Assembly: GCA_038057845.1 (NCBI GenBank)
Contig: JBBUCK010000041.1
Coordinates: 1,042-65,041 of the forward strand
Length of the DNA stretch: 64,000 bases
Origin: Patescibacteria group bacterium
GTDB lineage: Bacteria > Patescibacteriota > Minisyncoccia > Phycocordibacterales > JAGLPS01
Direction of reading: 5' to 3'
Shown here: positions 8,849 to 18,956 of the stretch, one piece after another
How the letters are laid out: every line of letters begins with the position of its first letter
How positions within the stretch are numbered: position 1 is the stretch's first letter
Made by a program: the position numbers and the translations under genes
The notes under the pieces: model-generated
What the model was told of the DNA's origin: nothing
Database searches by the model: none
What the model saw: the letters and a program-made list of their open reading frames with translations, nothing else

Positions 8849-9882
8849 TGAAAATTCTGATACTTACACAAAAAATAGACAAAAATGACCCTATCCTCGG
8901 TTTTTTCCACGGATGGCTTATTGAATTTGCGAAGCATTTCGAGCAACTAACCGTTATCTGTTTGCAAAAAGGGGAGTACACTCTTCCAGAAAACATAACA
9001 GTCTTGTCACTTGGGAAGGAAAATACTGTATCCCGTTTTACATACATCATACGTTTCTACGCATACGTATGGCAGGAGCGTAAAAACTACGATGCTGTTT
9101 TTGTGCATATGAACCAAGAGTATATCCTTTTGGGCTCGTTATTGTGGAAACTGCTTGGAAAAAAGATAACACTCTGGAGAAACCATCATGCTGGTAATAT
9201 TCTTACGAATATAGCAGTTTTTTTGTGTGACAAAGTCTTTTGTACCTCCAAGTATTCATATACAGCCAAATTTGTGAATACGATACTTATGCCAGTTGGT
9301 ATTAATACTGACATCTTTCAGAAAGACACTGGAGTAGCAAAGACGCCGAACTCGATACTTTTTCTGGCACGCATCGCTTTCGTAAAAAAACCTCACATAC
9401 TTGTTGAAGCTCTTAAGCTTTTAAAGCAAAAAAATATTCTGTTTACCGCGACCATATATGGTGACCCTCTTCCAAAAGACCATGAATATGAGGAGAGTCT
9501 CAAAAAAATTGTCGAGGAATCAGGACTTCTTAGTTCAGTATTTTTTCATAAAGGTATTCCGAATACAGAAACTGTAAGGGTATATAACAGTCATGAGATT
9601 TTTGTAAACCTCTCATCGAGTGGTATGTATGATAAAACTATATTTGAAGCTATGGCATGTGAGTCACTTACTCTTGCCTCGAACAAAAATCTGGTTGATA
9701 TTGTTGACCAGAAGTTCATTTTTGAAGAGAATGATGCAAATGGTCTTGCTCAAAAGCTTGAGCACCTACTTACTCTTTCACTAGATGAAAAAATAAAGCA
9801 GGGGAATACACTTCGTAAAGTTGTTATCGAACATCATTCCCTCAAAGGTCTTGCTATAAAGCTGGCCTCGGCCTTATCGTAA
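8848..9882 (+). CDS. Glycosyltransferase family 4
   Basis: MKILILTQKID, ARIAFVK, GMYDKTIFEAMAC. Confidence 0.88.
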   Translation: MKILILTQKIDKNDPILGFFHGWLIEFAKHFEQLTVICLQKGEYTLPENITVLSLGKENTVSRFTYIIRFYAYVWQERKNYDAVFVHMNQEYILLGSLLWKLLGKKITLWRNHHAGNILTNIAVFLCDKVFCTSKYSYTAKFVNTILMPVGINTDIFQKDTGVAKTPNSILFLARIAFVKKPHILVEALKLLKQKNILFTATIYGDPLPKDHEYEESLKKIVEESGLLSSVFFHKGIPNTETVRVYNSHEIFVNLSSSGMYDKTIFEAMACESLTLASNKNLVDIVDQKFIFEENDANGLAQKLEHLLTLSLDEKIKQGNTLRKVVIEHHSLKGLAIKLASALS

Positions 9883-9890
9883 AGGTATGG

Positions 9891-9997
9891 ATCCCGATAG
9901 TGTTAACAGTTTTATTATGTTTATGTTGTTGTTTGTACTGTGCAGGAAGTATTAAAATGAGAGATAGCCATATTACCAAATTAAACACTATCGGGAT
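9891..9997. mobile_element. ATCCCG...CGGGAT inverted-repeat element at a start codon, flanked by ATGGA direct repeats
   Basis: Perfect 14-bp IR ATCCCGATAGTGTT (9891-9904)/AACACTATCGGGAT (9984-9997); ATGGA at 9887-9891 and 9996-10000. Confidence 0.7.
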
Positions 9998-10640
9998 GGA
10001 CGTAAAACAATTTGAAAATAAGAGGTGGCAAAGGGAAGATCAAGCGCTTCAATTTCGGCACAGAGCCGCGCTCTCCATGATTGATTCTGGGACGGTTCTT
10101 GACCTTGGTTCAGGCGACGGTTTGCTCCTTGCCCTCCTACGTCAAAAAGGCGTCATAGGGAGAGGCCTTGATTTAGCGGAAGAGGGTGTAAGGAAAGCGA
10201 ATGCCAAGGGTCTTGATACACAAGTTTTCGACTTTGGAAACGAAAGGCTTCCATTTCCAGATAACAGTTTTGACACAGTTGTAATGCTCGATATTCTGGA
10301 ACATCTCTATGATCCGGAATTTGTACTCGGAGAGGCAACACGAGTTTCAAAAAAGAATCTTATCGTCGGTGTACCAAACTTCAGCTCTCTTCCTGCAAGA
10401 CTCCAGGTTCTTTTTGGTTCTGTGCCTGAAAACAACAGCCCTAAAAAAGGACATGTCTATTGGTTTAATTACGGCATATTGGTTTCAATGCTTTCAAAAC
10501 ACGGGCTTATTGTTGATCAACTCAAATCAAATACATTTTTTGAGCACGTTCCGGTAGTTGGATTGATTACTCGCTTTTTTGCTACTCTTTTCCCAAATCT
10601 GTTCGGTCTTTCATTTGTTATTAAAGTAACAAAAGTTTAA
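9996..10640 (+). CDS. Class I SAM-dependent methyltransferase (MetW/Methyltransf_11-like)
   Basis: VLDLGSGDG, FDTVVMLDILEHL, VPN; ATG 9996 preferred over the ORF-track GTG 9900, which lies inside the IR element. Confidence 0.85.
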   Translation: MDVKQFENKRWQREDQALQFRHRAALSMIDSGTVLDLGSGDGLLLALLRQKGVIGRGLDLAEEGVRKANAKGLDTQVFDFGNERLPFPDNSFDTVVMLDILEHLYDPEFVLGEATRVSKKNLIVGVPNFSSLPARLQVLFGSVPENNSPKKGHVYWFNYGILVSMLSKHGLIVDQLKSNTFFEHVPVVGLITRFFATLFPNLFGLSFVIKVTKV

Positions 10641-11791
10641 TTTTCCTTTTCAAGAATTTTTTTATAGAGTGCAAGATACTCCTCATACATTTTTTTGGAA
10701 GAGAAATTGTTCACTATTCTTTCTCTTGCTTTTTTACTCATGAGCTCATAGTCAGCTTTTGAGAGATGTAAAATATACTCGATACCTGTTTTTGCGCTTT
10801 CTATGTTTCCATACTCCGCGACATAACCAACAATTTTATGCAGTACAATCTCTGGAAGAGCATCGGTACTGTACGTAACAACAGGTGTACCGCAGGAAAG
10901 GGCCTCGGCGCTTATAAGGCCGAAGGTGTCACCCTTTGTTGGATAGAAAAAAACATCGGCTGCTGAAAGGTATTGGCGAAGAAGTTTCTTTTCTTCTGTG
11001 TAAGGAAAATTTCTAAAATTTTTGTTTTCCGTTTTAATGTGTGAATGTCCTATTTCTATAAAAAAAATATCATTATTGCCCACATAATCGTCAATAATTT
11101 TATTTGAATCTTCCGATCCCTTTATTCCGAGCGCAACAATCTTTTTATCAAGTGGTAGTCCAAGTTCTTTTCTCGCAAGGATTTTGTCATAAGGTTTGAA
11201 TATTTCTGTATCAATGCCGTTATAAATACGTGTGACGGATTGTTTGCCGAGAATACTTTTTAGAACCTCTTTTTTAAGCCACTCTGATACAGTCACAATA
11301 TAGAGTTTTGATTTTTCGTATATCTTCTTTTTTATACGGAGAAGGTGTTCGGTATTGTCCCAAAGAAAAAGCAGGAACTTTTTTTTGTTTGGGTTTTTGA
11401 GAGTAAAACTATCGCTTGCAAAGCCAGTAAATGCCCATATATCGTGAAGTGTCCATACTACAGGTTTTTCAAGCGACATCTTTTGAAGAGTCCTTAGGTC
11501 AAAAAAGTTACTATGGAGATTGTGACAATGAATAATATCCGCCTCCTTGAATTCTTTTGTTCCAAGAAGGTAGTCAGTTCCCGCAAACATGAGGTCATTT
11601 GCAAAAAGTTTAACGAGCCAGTCTTGATAGCGCTTGCGAGGAATAGCGAATACGTCAGGCTCATTTGAGTATTTATAGCGTACAAAAGTTGTTACCTCAT
11701 GCCCATCAGCCTTTAACCTCTTTCTAAGCTCCCACGACACTCCAGCAGCGCCACCCCTGTTATCTATTGTTCCTACAACAAAGATTTTCAT
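10637..11791 (-). CDS. Glycosyltransferase family 4 (WcaC-like)
   Basis: GGA, DIIHCHNLH, VVWTLHDIWAFTG, DTFGLISAEALSCGTPVV. Confidence 0.88.
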   Translation of the reverse strand: MKIFVVGTIDNRGGAAGVSWELRKRLKADGHEVTTFVRYKYSNEPDVFAIPRKRYQDWLVKLFANDLMFAGTDYLLGTKEFKEADIIHCHNLHSNFFDLRTLQKMSLEKPVVWTLHDIWAFTGFASDSFTLKNPNKKKFLLFLWDNTEHLLRIKKKIYEKSKLYIVTVSEWLKKEVLKSILGKQSVTRIYNGIDTEIFKPYDKILARKELGLPLDKKIVALGIKGSEDSNKIIDDYVGNNDIFFIEIGHSHIKTENKNFRNFPYTEEKKLLRQYLSAADVFFYPTKGDTFGLISAEALSCGTPVVTYSTDALPEIVLHKIVGYVAEYGNIESAKTGIEYILHLSKADYELMSKKARERIVNNFSSKKMYEEYLALYKKILEKEN

Positions 11792-12838
11792 TTATTTATT
11801 GAAGCAATCCATAACAAATTCCTTAGCTAATTGTCTGGAAGTAAGTTTTTCTTTATAGAGCTCTCGACCCTGTAAAGCTATTTTTTCAAGTGTGTCAGGA
11901 TTGTTTTTGAGGAAGAGAATTTTTTGAGCTAAGTCATCAGCATTGCCTGGTAGAACTGCAAAGCATGTTTCATTTTCTTTTAAAAGCTCAAGTACCCCCG
12001 CATTTCTGCCGGTAAGGTAGGGAAGGCCCAGTGCCAAACTTTCAAAGAGTTTACACGGAAGAGTACGGGAAAGTCTCGGGTGGTCTGCAAGTTGACCTAA
12101 AGAAATGTGGCACTGAAGCATTTTTTCACGGAGCTTCTCAATAGGGAGTTTTTCGTTAATCATTTCAATATTTTTGGGCGCAAGTTTTTCCATTAGCGCA
12201 TTTACTTCTCTGTACATAAAGCCGTGGCCGATAATAAGAAATTGCACATCTTTATCTTCCAGTTTTTTTGCCGCTTCTATAACTGTAAGTATTCCGGATT
12301 CCGGAAGAAATCTTCCTCTAAAAAGTGCCGTAAATTTTTGGTTTTTCTCTATATTAGAATCACGAAAGAATACTTCTTCATCAACTCCCATCCATGAAAG
12401 TATAAGTTTATTTTTTGAGACAAGAAAATATTTACGAACAAAGTTAATTTGTGCATTGCTCTCAAGGAGAATCTTAGATGAAAAGTGAAATGAAATGAAA
12501 TCTACAAGCCACCACTTTAGTGCAATTAATGACCATGGACCATCGGTGCTTCGGGATATTATATTAGCTTCATACTGCGAGGAGACTGCATTGAAGATTA
12601 TTTTTTGGAGTGACATAAATCGGACAATAGGCACCAAAAAAGGCAAACCGTAGCCCACAATAATAACGTCAAAGGAGTATTTATTTTTCCAAAAACGATG
12701 CGTGAAATTAATATATTTACTTAGTCCTTGTTCGTTCTCAATTAGCTCAAAAACCTCCTGCCCGTTTTCTCTAAGGCCGTCTACAAGGTGTTTATCAGGG
12801 GGGTATTTATTCCCTGTGTTTATATACAAAAACTTCAT
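11792..12838 (-). CDS. Glycosyltransferase family 4
   Basis: FRGRFLPESG, PCKLFESLALGLP. Confidence 0.85.
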   Translation of the reverse strand: MKFLYINTGNKYPPDKHLVDGLRENGQEVFELIENEQGLSKYINFTHRFWKNKYSFDVIIVGYGLPFLVPIVRFMSLQKIIFNAVSSQYEANIISRSTDGPWSLIALKWWLVDFISFHFSSKILLESNAQINFVRKYFLVSKNKLILSWMGVDEEVFFRDSNIEKNQKFTALFRGRFLPESGILTVIEAAKKLEDKDVQFLIIGHGFMYREVNALMEKLAPKNIEMINEKLPIEKLREKMLQCHISLGQLADHPRLSRTLPCKLFESLALGLPYLTGRNAGVLELLKENETCFAVLPGNADDLAQKILFLKNNPDTLEKIALQGRELYKEKLTSRQLAKEFVMDCFNK

Positions 12839-12997
12839 TATTTTGGCTTCAAGTATATCACTAAATTTGCTATAATCGTTATTACTTTATGACCAAAAAG
12901 GGCTTTACTAGACTCAATATTTATAGGAGTTTTCGGTGAAGAAACTTGATTTTGAAAGATTAGTTTGGGTGTTATCGCGCTATTTAGTAAAAATGAA

Positions 12998-13597
12998 ATG
13001 GAAAGAGGTAAATATAAAAAATTTATAGATGAAAAAATTGCTGAAATCGCAAAAGAAAAAATAGTGTTAGATATTGGTGGTGGAGAGCGTTTCACTAAAT
13101 GGTTGTCAGAATACAAACACCTATTTGGTAATTGTGACTATAGAACTATGGACTATGACGGCTCTACGGGGGCTGATGTAGTGGGTGATATACACAAAAT
13201 ACCATTAGAAAATGGGTCGATTGACGCAGCTATTTGTTGCTCAGTTTTGGAACACATTGCTAATCCAACTATCGCCTTGGGAGAAATATATAGAATATTA
13301 AAAAGGGGTGGAAAAGTATTTGTATATGTACCCTCAATCTATCCTTATCATGCACGAGTAGGGCATTATCCTGATTATTGGAGGTTTTTTGATGACACAA
13401 TAGAGATATTATTTAAGGATTTTTCAAAAGTAGAATTTGTGAAAAGGGGTGGTTATTTTAAGGCTCTGTTTTTTTTCTTACCATTACAGCATCGTATACG
13501 GTTTATCATAGACCCTCTCGCGGAATTTTTAGATTGGTTACTGAAAACTGAAAATAGGAGCACGACCTCCGGCTATTATATTTATGCCGTAAAATAA
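12998..13597 (+). CDS. Class I SAM-dependent methyltransferase
   Basis: VLDIGGG, VGDIHKIP, SVLEHI, PYH...DYWRF; ATG 12998 preferred (ORF track starts at TTG 12965). Confidence 0.85.
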   Translation: MERGKYKKFIDEKIAEIAKEKIVLDIGGGERFTKWLSEYKHLFGNCDYRTMDYDGSTGADVVGDIHKIPLENGSIDAAICCSVLEHIANPTIALGEIYRILKRGGKVFVYVPSIYPYHARVGHYPDYWRFFDDTIEILFKDFSKVEFVKRGGYFKALFFFLPLQHRIRFIIDPLAEFLDWLLKTENRSTTSGYYIYAVK

Positions 13598-15177
13598 TGC
13601 CAACCACTAAGAAAATAATATATTTTACCAGTACCAGATTTCCGACGGAAAAAGCTCATGGTTTGGCCACAGTCAAAATTTGCTCAGCTTTTGTTAATCA
13701 TGGCTACGAAGTCGACGTTATCGCTCCACGTCTTTGGATAAAAGATACGGACGACACTTTTAGTTATTACAATGTAAAAAATAATTTTCGAATATTTAAA
13801 ATACCATGCATAGATTTTGTTTCATTTGGAATTTTAGCTAAGCCAGCATTTATTTTACAATCATTCACCTTTTCGTTTTTAGCTACACTATTTATCATCA
13901 TCAAATATAGACGAGAATTACATAATATAATCATTTTTTCTCATGATTATATACCTCTATATTTTGTTTCTTTTTTCCCCGTTAGGGTTTTTTATGATAT
14001 TCATCATTTCCCAGGGAATAATTTTATGTACCAAAGAGTTATGAAAAAATCCTTTGGATTTGCTGTTCAAACTAAATGGAAAATAAAAGAACTCGCAGAA
14101 AAATTTGGAATTTTGTCAAAGCGCATTATTTATTGGCCAAATGGTACTGATGTAATGGAATTTCATATAGAAAAACCGAAAATAGAAGTTAGAAAAGAAC
14201 TTGGGATACCCCTAGATAAAAAAATTGTCATGTACACTGGCCAGCTTTTTGGATGGAAAGGGGTAGACTCTCTTTTACAGTCAGTTTCTATACTATCTCC
14301 CGATACTCTGGTCTATCTTGTTGGTGGAGCAAAAGAAGATGTAGACAGATGCAAAAAAGAAATACCCGAAGCTAACGATAAGAGAGTGTTTTTTGTCCCA
14401 TTTCAGCCGCATGCCAAAATACCTTTGTGGCTCAATTCCGCCGATGTTCTCGTTCTTCCCAATACAGGGAGACAAAAAGTTTCTCTTTATTACACCTCCC
14501 CCATGAAGCTTTTTGAATATATGGCCAGTGGCGTTCCAATAGTCGCTTCAAGGATTCCATCAATAGAAGAGATTGTCACAGAGGCAGAGGTTTTTTTTGT
14601 TGAAGCTGATAATGCCAAGTCTTTTGCCGAGGGAATAAAGAAAGCAGTGACAGAGTCGGAAGAAGCCCAAAAACGGGCCGAACGGGCTTATGTAAAAGTT
14701 TTGCAATTCACATGGAATCGACGAGCAGAGGAAATTGTTTCTTTTATGGAGCGGACCAGTGGCAATCCTCCCTTTTCTTATAAGGTGCGGTTATTATTCT
14801 TGGCACGTTATCTCTTTTCTGGTCTTTTAGCCTTTACGACGAGCTTAACACTTCTTTTTATATTTAAAAATTATTTTCATTTATGGTATTTAACTGCTTC
14901 AACCTTTGCTTTTATGATTTCAATTATTGTGAGTTTTCTTGCTCAAAAACTTATAACATTTCGTGACAAATCTACACATCGGGCACACTACCAGTTCGCT
15001 TTGTTTATTGTCATCACACTGTTTAATATAATTGCAAATGGAGGACTCATGTTTTCTTTTGTTGATATTTTACATATTCCATATATGTTGGCACAGGTAT
15101 TTTCTGCCGGTATTATTGCCGTATGGAATTTAGTAGTGTATCGTTATGTTGTATTCGCACATGCTAAAATTTTTTAA
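13597..15177 (+). CDS. Glycosyltransferase family 4 fused to a C-terminal GtrA-like (4-TM) domain
   Basis: TGQLFGWKGVD, SPMKLFEYMASG; C-terminal RYLFSG...SFLAQKLITF...WNLVVYRYVVF typical of GtrA. Confidence 0.82.
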   Translation: MPTTKKIIYFTSTRFPTEKAHGLATVKICSAFVNHGYEVDVIAPRLWIKDTDDTFSYYNVKNNFRIFKIPCIDFVSFGILAKPAFILQSFTFSFLATLFIIIKYRRELHNIIIFSHDYIPLYFVSFFPVRVFYDIHHFPGNNFMYQRVMKKSFGFAVQTKWKIKELAEKFGILSKRIIYWPNGTDVMEFHIEKPKIEVRKELGIPLDKKIVMYTGQLFGWKGVDSLLQSVSILSPDTLVYLVGGAKEDVDRCKKEIPEANDKRVFFVPFQPHAKIPLWLNSADVLVLPNTGRQKVSLYYTSPMKLFEYMASGVPIVASRIPSIEEIVTEAEVFFVEADNAKSFAEGIKKAVTESEEAQKRAERAYVKVLQFTWNRRAEEIVSFMERTSGNPPFSYKVRLLFLARYLFSGLLAFTTSLTLLFIFKNYFHLWYLTASTFAFMISIIVSFLAQKLITFRDKSTHRAHYQFALFIVITLFNIIANGGLMFSFVDILHIPYMLAQVFSAGIIAVWNLVVYRYVVFAHAKIF

Positions 15178-16543
15178 ACAGCACAAAATAGAGTTCGCTG
15201 TTTTTTTTGTTGCCGTTATCGCACGGTTGGTTTTTTTCTTTATCTGTCTCAACGCTAACGGGGGGAATTTAATAAACACAATACATGGTCAAGATGGTTA
15301 TTTTGAATTAAGTAAAAACTTACTTCTTGGTAATGGTTTTAGCATAAATCCGACCCCTCCTTTTTTTGAGTATTCTTACGGAGTGCCGATGTATCCTTTT
15401 TTTCTAGCTTTTCTTTTATGGGCAACTCAAAGCTATGCTGCGACTGCGATGATTCAGCTTCTGCTCGCTGCTCTAACTCCTCTCATAGGAATGCATCTTA
15501 CGCGTCTTGTGTTACCATCCCATCCTCTGTTTGACCATGCACCACTTGTTGTCGGTATATTACTTGCCATAGTTCCTTATCAAATGCTATTTTCTTTCTC
15601 TTTTTATACCGAGACATTATTTATACTGGTTTTTTGGATTTTTCTTATTTTATTTCTTAATTTTTTGAAAACCCCATCAACTCGACTTGCTGTTTGGTCT
15701 GGACTATTTCTTGGATTAGCTACTCTTACCAAACCAACCGTCCAATACATTGTAGTAGTGGCAATTGTTTTTGCATTATGGCACTTTAGAAATGAGTTGC
15801 GTAGAGACATTATGTTAAAACTTGCCTCTTTTTCTCTGATATTTTTTATAGTTTTAGCACCGTGGCTGTATAGAAATTACCAGACTTTCAATATGATTAA
15901 TCTGGGATCACAAGTGCCATTTAATCTCTATGAAGTTTTATTACCTTCAGTTCTTGCTATAGAGAATCAAACAAGCTTTGCCCTGGAACAACAAAAATTA
16001 CCACTTAAAGCTGCAGATATTTTCTTTGATACGCCAGAATCTCTTTTAGGAGAAGCTTTAACTGAAATATTGCGTCACCCCTTAGCTCTGATTAAACTTT
16101 CGATATTAAACTCTGTCACTTTCTTTACTCATGACGGCATGCTGACATTTTTACAAAACGCTGGGGTTAAACAAGATGCAAATCTTGGAAAACCAGCATT
16201 GCTCTTGTTCTTGAGTTCACCAGTAGAATTTGCTAAAGTAGTTTGGCCGTATATGCGTACCCCTATGGCCTTTGTGTTCTTCGCCAGATTATTTGGGATT
16301 GTTGTAACAGTATTTTTTGGCCTAGGTTTATATAAACTCTGGCACCTTAAACTTTTCTCACCGCGCTTACTGTTCGTCACCATAATTGTCCTTTATTTCA
16401 TGCTCACAACAATGATAAACGGATTGGCAGTAAATGCTAGATTTCGTATGCCCGTTGAACCAATAATTTTCGCCATAGCTTATGTCGGTTTTTCTTTTTC
16501 TTGGGAGCGTATTAAGAAAAAGCCTACTAAACAAATCTCTTAA
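15161..16543 (+). CDS. Integral membrane GT-C glycosyltransferase (ArnT/PMT_2-like)
   Basis: Multiple TM helices, DGYF, P-Y-P-F-F, TETLF, LATLTKP, PWLYRNY, ARFRMP. Confidence 0.8.
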   Translation: MLKFFKQHKIEFAVFFVAVIARLVFFFICLNANGGNLINTIHGQDGYFELSKNLLLGNGFSINPTPPFFEYSYGVPMYPFFLAFLLWATQSYAATAMIQLLLAALTPLIGMHLTRLVLPSHPLFDHAPLVVGILLAIVPYQMLFSFSFYTETLFILVFWIFLILFLNFLKTPSTRLAVWSGLFLGLATLTKPTVQYIVVVAIVFALWHFRNELRRDIMLKLASFSLIFFIVLAPWLYRNYQTFNMINLGSQVPFNLYEVLLPSVLAIENQTSFALEQQKLPLKAADIFFDTPESLLGEALTEILRHPLALIKLSILNSVTFFTHDGMLTFLQNAGVKQDANLGKPALLLFLSSPVEFAKVVWPYMRTPMAFVFFARLFGIVVTVFFGLGLYKLWHLKLFSPRLLFVTIIVLYFMLTTMINGLAVNARFRMPVEPIIFAIAYVGFSFSWERIKKKPTKQIS

Positions 16544-16583
16544 GAAATGAGAAATAAAACGGGGGAAAAATAAATATTTAAAG

Positions 16584-17300
16584 ATGAACATTCCTAAGTT
16601 ATCAATCATTATTCCAGTATTCAATGAGGAACGGACAGTTGGAATTGTCACAGAGCGTATTCTTGCTACTAAATTTCCTGGCTGGGAGATAGAGGTTATT
16701 GCGGTTAATGACGGCTCTGCCGATAATACAGCTTCTGTGCTGAACAGTTTTTCGTCAAAAATTAAAGTAATTAATCTTCTAAAAAACGTCGGAAAGGGAA
16801 GTGCGGTTAAGGCGGGGATAGAGGCAGCAACTGGAGATTTTGCAATCATTCAAGACGCAGACCTTGAATGCAAACCTGAAGAGATCCCTCTTTTGTTAGA
16901 GGCACTTAAAAAATTTCCCAGAGATGCAAAAATAGCTGTTATGGGGTCTAGAGAATTACATGGTAGAAAGGACCACGAAAGCTTGTTTTTTCACCGGCTC
17001 GGTTCTTTATCAATAACCAAACTCATAAATGTTCTGTATGGCGCTTCTCTTACAGATACACTCATGTGTTATAAGCTTTTCCCTAGAGCTACATTTAGCT
17101 ATTTTCAAGCCGGGGGTTTTGATTCCGAAATGATTTTTTTGACTCGCTTACTTGCTGAGGGGTATCGTATTGTTGAGGTACCAGTGTCGTACACACCCCG
17201 CAGTACAAAAGAGGGGAAAAAAATAAGTTACAAACACGGTATTAAAATTATTTTTAAAATAGTAACCTTTTGGCTGAAAAGTCACTTTGTACGGAAATAA
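16584..17300 (+). CDS. Glycosyltransferase family 2 (polyprenol-phosphate glycosyltransferase/DPM1-like)
   Basis: IPVFNEE, NDGSAD, GKGSAV, IQDADLE, EVPVSYTPR...EGKKI. Confidence 0.88.
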   Translation: MNIPKLSIIIPVFNEERTVGIVTERILATKFPGWEIEVIAVNDGSADNTASVLNSFSSKIKVINLLKNVGKGSAVKAGIEAATGDFAIIQDADLECKPEEIPLLLEALKKFPRDAKIAVMGSRELHGRKDHESLFFHRLGSLSITKLINVLYGASLTDTLMCYKLFPRATFSYFQAGGFDSEMIFLTRLLAEGYRIVEVPVSYTPRSTKEGKKISYKHGIKIIFKIVTFWLKSHFVRK

Positions 17301-17301
17301 G

Positions 17302-18015
17302 ATGAATAAAGATATTTTCAAATTATCAAGCATTTCCTTTTTTTGTCCGGCATATAATGATGCGCTTAATCTCCCAGAACTTATTCCTAATGTATCAAAA
17401 TTTCTTGAAAAACATACTTCTCTATATGAAATTGTCATTATAGAAGATGGTAGCCCAGATAAGACGGGGGAGGTAGCAGATACGCTCTCAAGGCAGTTCC
17501 CTCACGTGCGGGTTATTCACCATGAAAAAAATAGGGGTTATAGCGCGACCTTAAAAGAAGGCTTTGAAAAGGCTTCTTACGATTATGTAATGTATACAGA
17601 TGGGGATAACCAATACAACGTCTTTGATTTCGAACCGTATTTGCAACTTCTTGAACAGAATGATGTAATTGCTGGGTATGCCGTTACTAAAGCGGTATCC
17701 TCCTTTCGTCGATTTCAATCCTTTGTGCATAATTTTTTAATTTCAATTCTCTTTCTCACTCATTTCAAAGATATTAATTGTTCTATGAAAATCTTTAAGA
17801 AAAAGGTTTTACAAGAGATAGAAATCAAAAGTAACCCCTCCGGCGCGTTTATTGATGCAGAACTTATTCTCAAAGCGAGGCAAAAAGGATTTAAAATAAG
17901 ACAATTTCCTGTAGTTCATTATGCAAGGCGAAATGGTATTGCTTCTGGGTCAAAACCGAGCCTTATTTTAAACACTGTAAAAGATATGGTAAAGTTCAGA
18001 CTCGGTTTACTATAA
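17302..18015 (+). CDS. Glycosyltransferase family 2 (DPM1-like)
   Basis: PAYND, EDGSPD, NRGY, TDGDNQY, DINCSMK. Confidence 0.88.
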   Translation: MNKDIFKLSSISFFCPAYNDALNLPELIPNVSKFLEKHTSLYEIVIIEDGSPDKTGEVADTLSRQFPHVRVIHHEKNRGYSATLKEGFEKASYDYVMYTDGDNQYNVFDFEPYLQLLEQNDVIAGYAVTKAVSSFRRFQSFVHNFLISILFLTHFKDINCSMKIFKKKVLQEIEIKSNPSGAFIDAELILKARQKGFKIRQFPVVHYARRNGIASGSKPSLILNTVKDMVKFRLGLL

Positions 18016-18022
18016 ATCCACC

Positions 18023-18925
18023 ATGCTTCATAAAAGTGATAGAACGGTTATAACTGGTAGTGGCGGTATGCTTGGCGAAGCAGTATTTGAGGTCTTTAAA
18101 GATATCTGCCATGTCTACGCTTCAGACATTAACCTCAATACTTCATGGTTAGAGCATCTCGACGTTTCATCTGCTAAAGATGTCGCCACTTATCTTCATA
18201 ACATAAAACCCAATTACATAATTCATTTGGCAGCTTTGACTGATATGGAATATTGCGAACTCAATTCCGAAGAGGCCTATGCCACAAATATGGGAGGGGT
18301 CAAAAATGTCGCAGAGTATGCAAGAGAACATAACATTCCTCTCGTGTATATTTCAACCGCAGGTATTTTTGATGGTATAAAGGATGGATATATGGAAATT
18401 GACACACCGAATCCTTTGAGTATTTATGGAAAATCAAAGTACGGTGGTGAATTGATTGCTAAGACTCTTCCCAAAGCAATCATCATCCGGGCCGGATGGA
18501 TGATGGGAGGAGGTCCTAAGAAAGATAAGAAATTTATAAATAAAATCATAAAACAACTCCAGGCAGGAGTCACAGAGGTGGCAGTGGTCAATGATAAATT
18601 TGGCACACCATGCTATACCTACGACCTTGCTCAATCAATCAGGTACCTTCTTGACCATGAGGCGTATGGGCTTTATCATGGCGCTTGTGATGGTGGAGGA
18701 AGCAGAGCCGATATTGCACGTTTCCTACTTGAATGTTTTGGTCTAACGGACCAAATAAAGGTTCGGGAAGTTGATTCAAATTTTTTTAAGGAGAATTTCT
18801 TTGCTTTTCGTCCGCGTTCTGAAAAACTCATTAATATTGAATTAAAGAAAAAAGCATCGCACTTAACGAGAGACTGGAAAATATGTCTCAAGGAATACAC
18901 TGAGAGATTTAATTGGAATCTGTAG
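18023..18925 (+). CDS. RmlD-like dTDP-4-dehydrorhamnose reductase family SDR
   Basis: ITGSGGMLG, HLAALTD, YISTAGIFDG, YGKSK, RAGWMMGGG. Confidence 0.8.
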   Translation: MLHKSDRTVITGSGGMLGEAVFEVFKDICHVYASDINLNTSWLEHLDVSSAKDVATYLHNIKPNYIIHLAALTDMEYCELNSEEAYATNMGGVKNVAEYAREHNIPLVYISTAGIFDGIKDGYMEIDTPNPLSIYGKSKYGGELIAKTLPKAIIIRAGWMMGGGPKKDKKFINKIIKQLQAGVTEVAVVNDKFGTPCYTYDLAQSIRYLLDHEAYGLYHGACDGGGSRADIARFLLECFGLTDQIKVREVDSNFFKENFFAFRPRSEKLINIELKKKASHLTRDWKICLKEYTERFNWNL

Positions 18926-18956
18926 GATCTCAATACCCTGGGAATAAAAGGGACTT

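Noticed and set aside
9900-9995. Cys-rich N-terminal extension MLTVLLCLCCCLYC of the methyltransferase
   Set aside because: Lies wholly within the IR element; the domain begins at ATG 9996.
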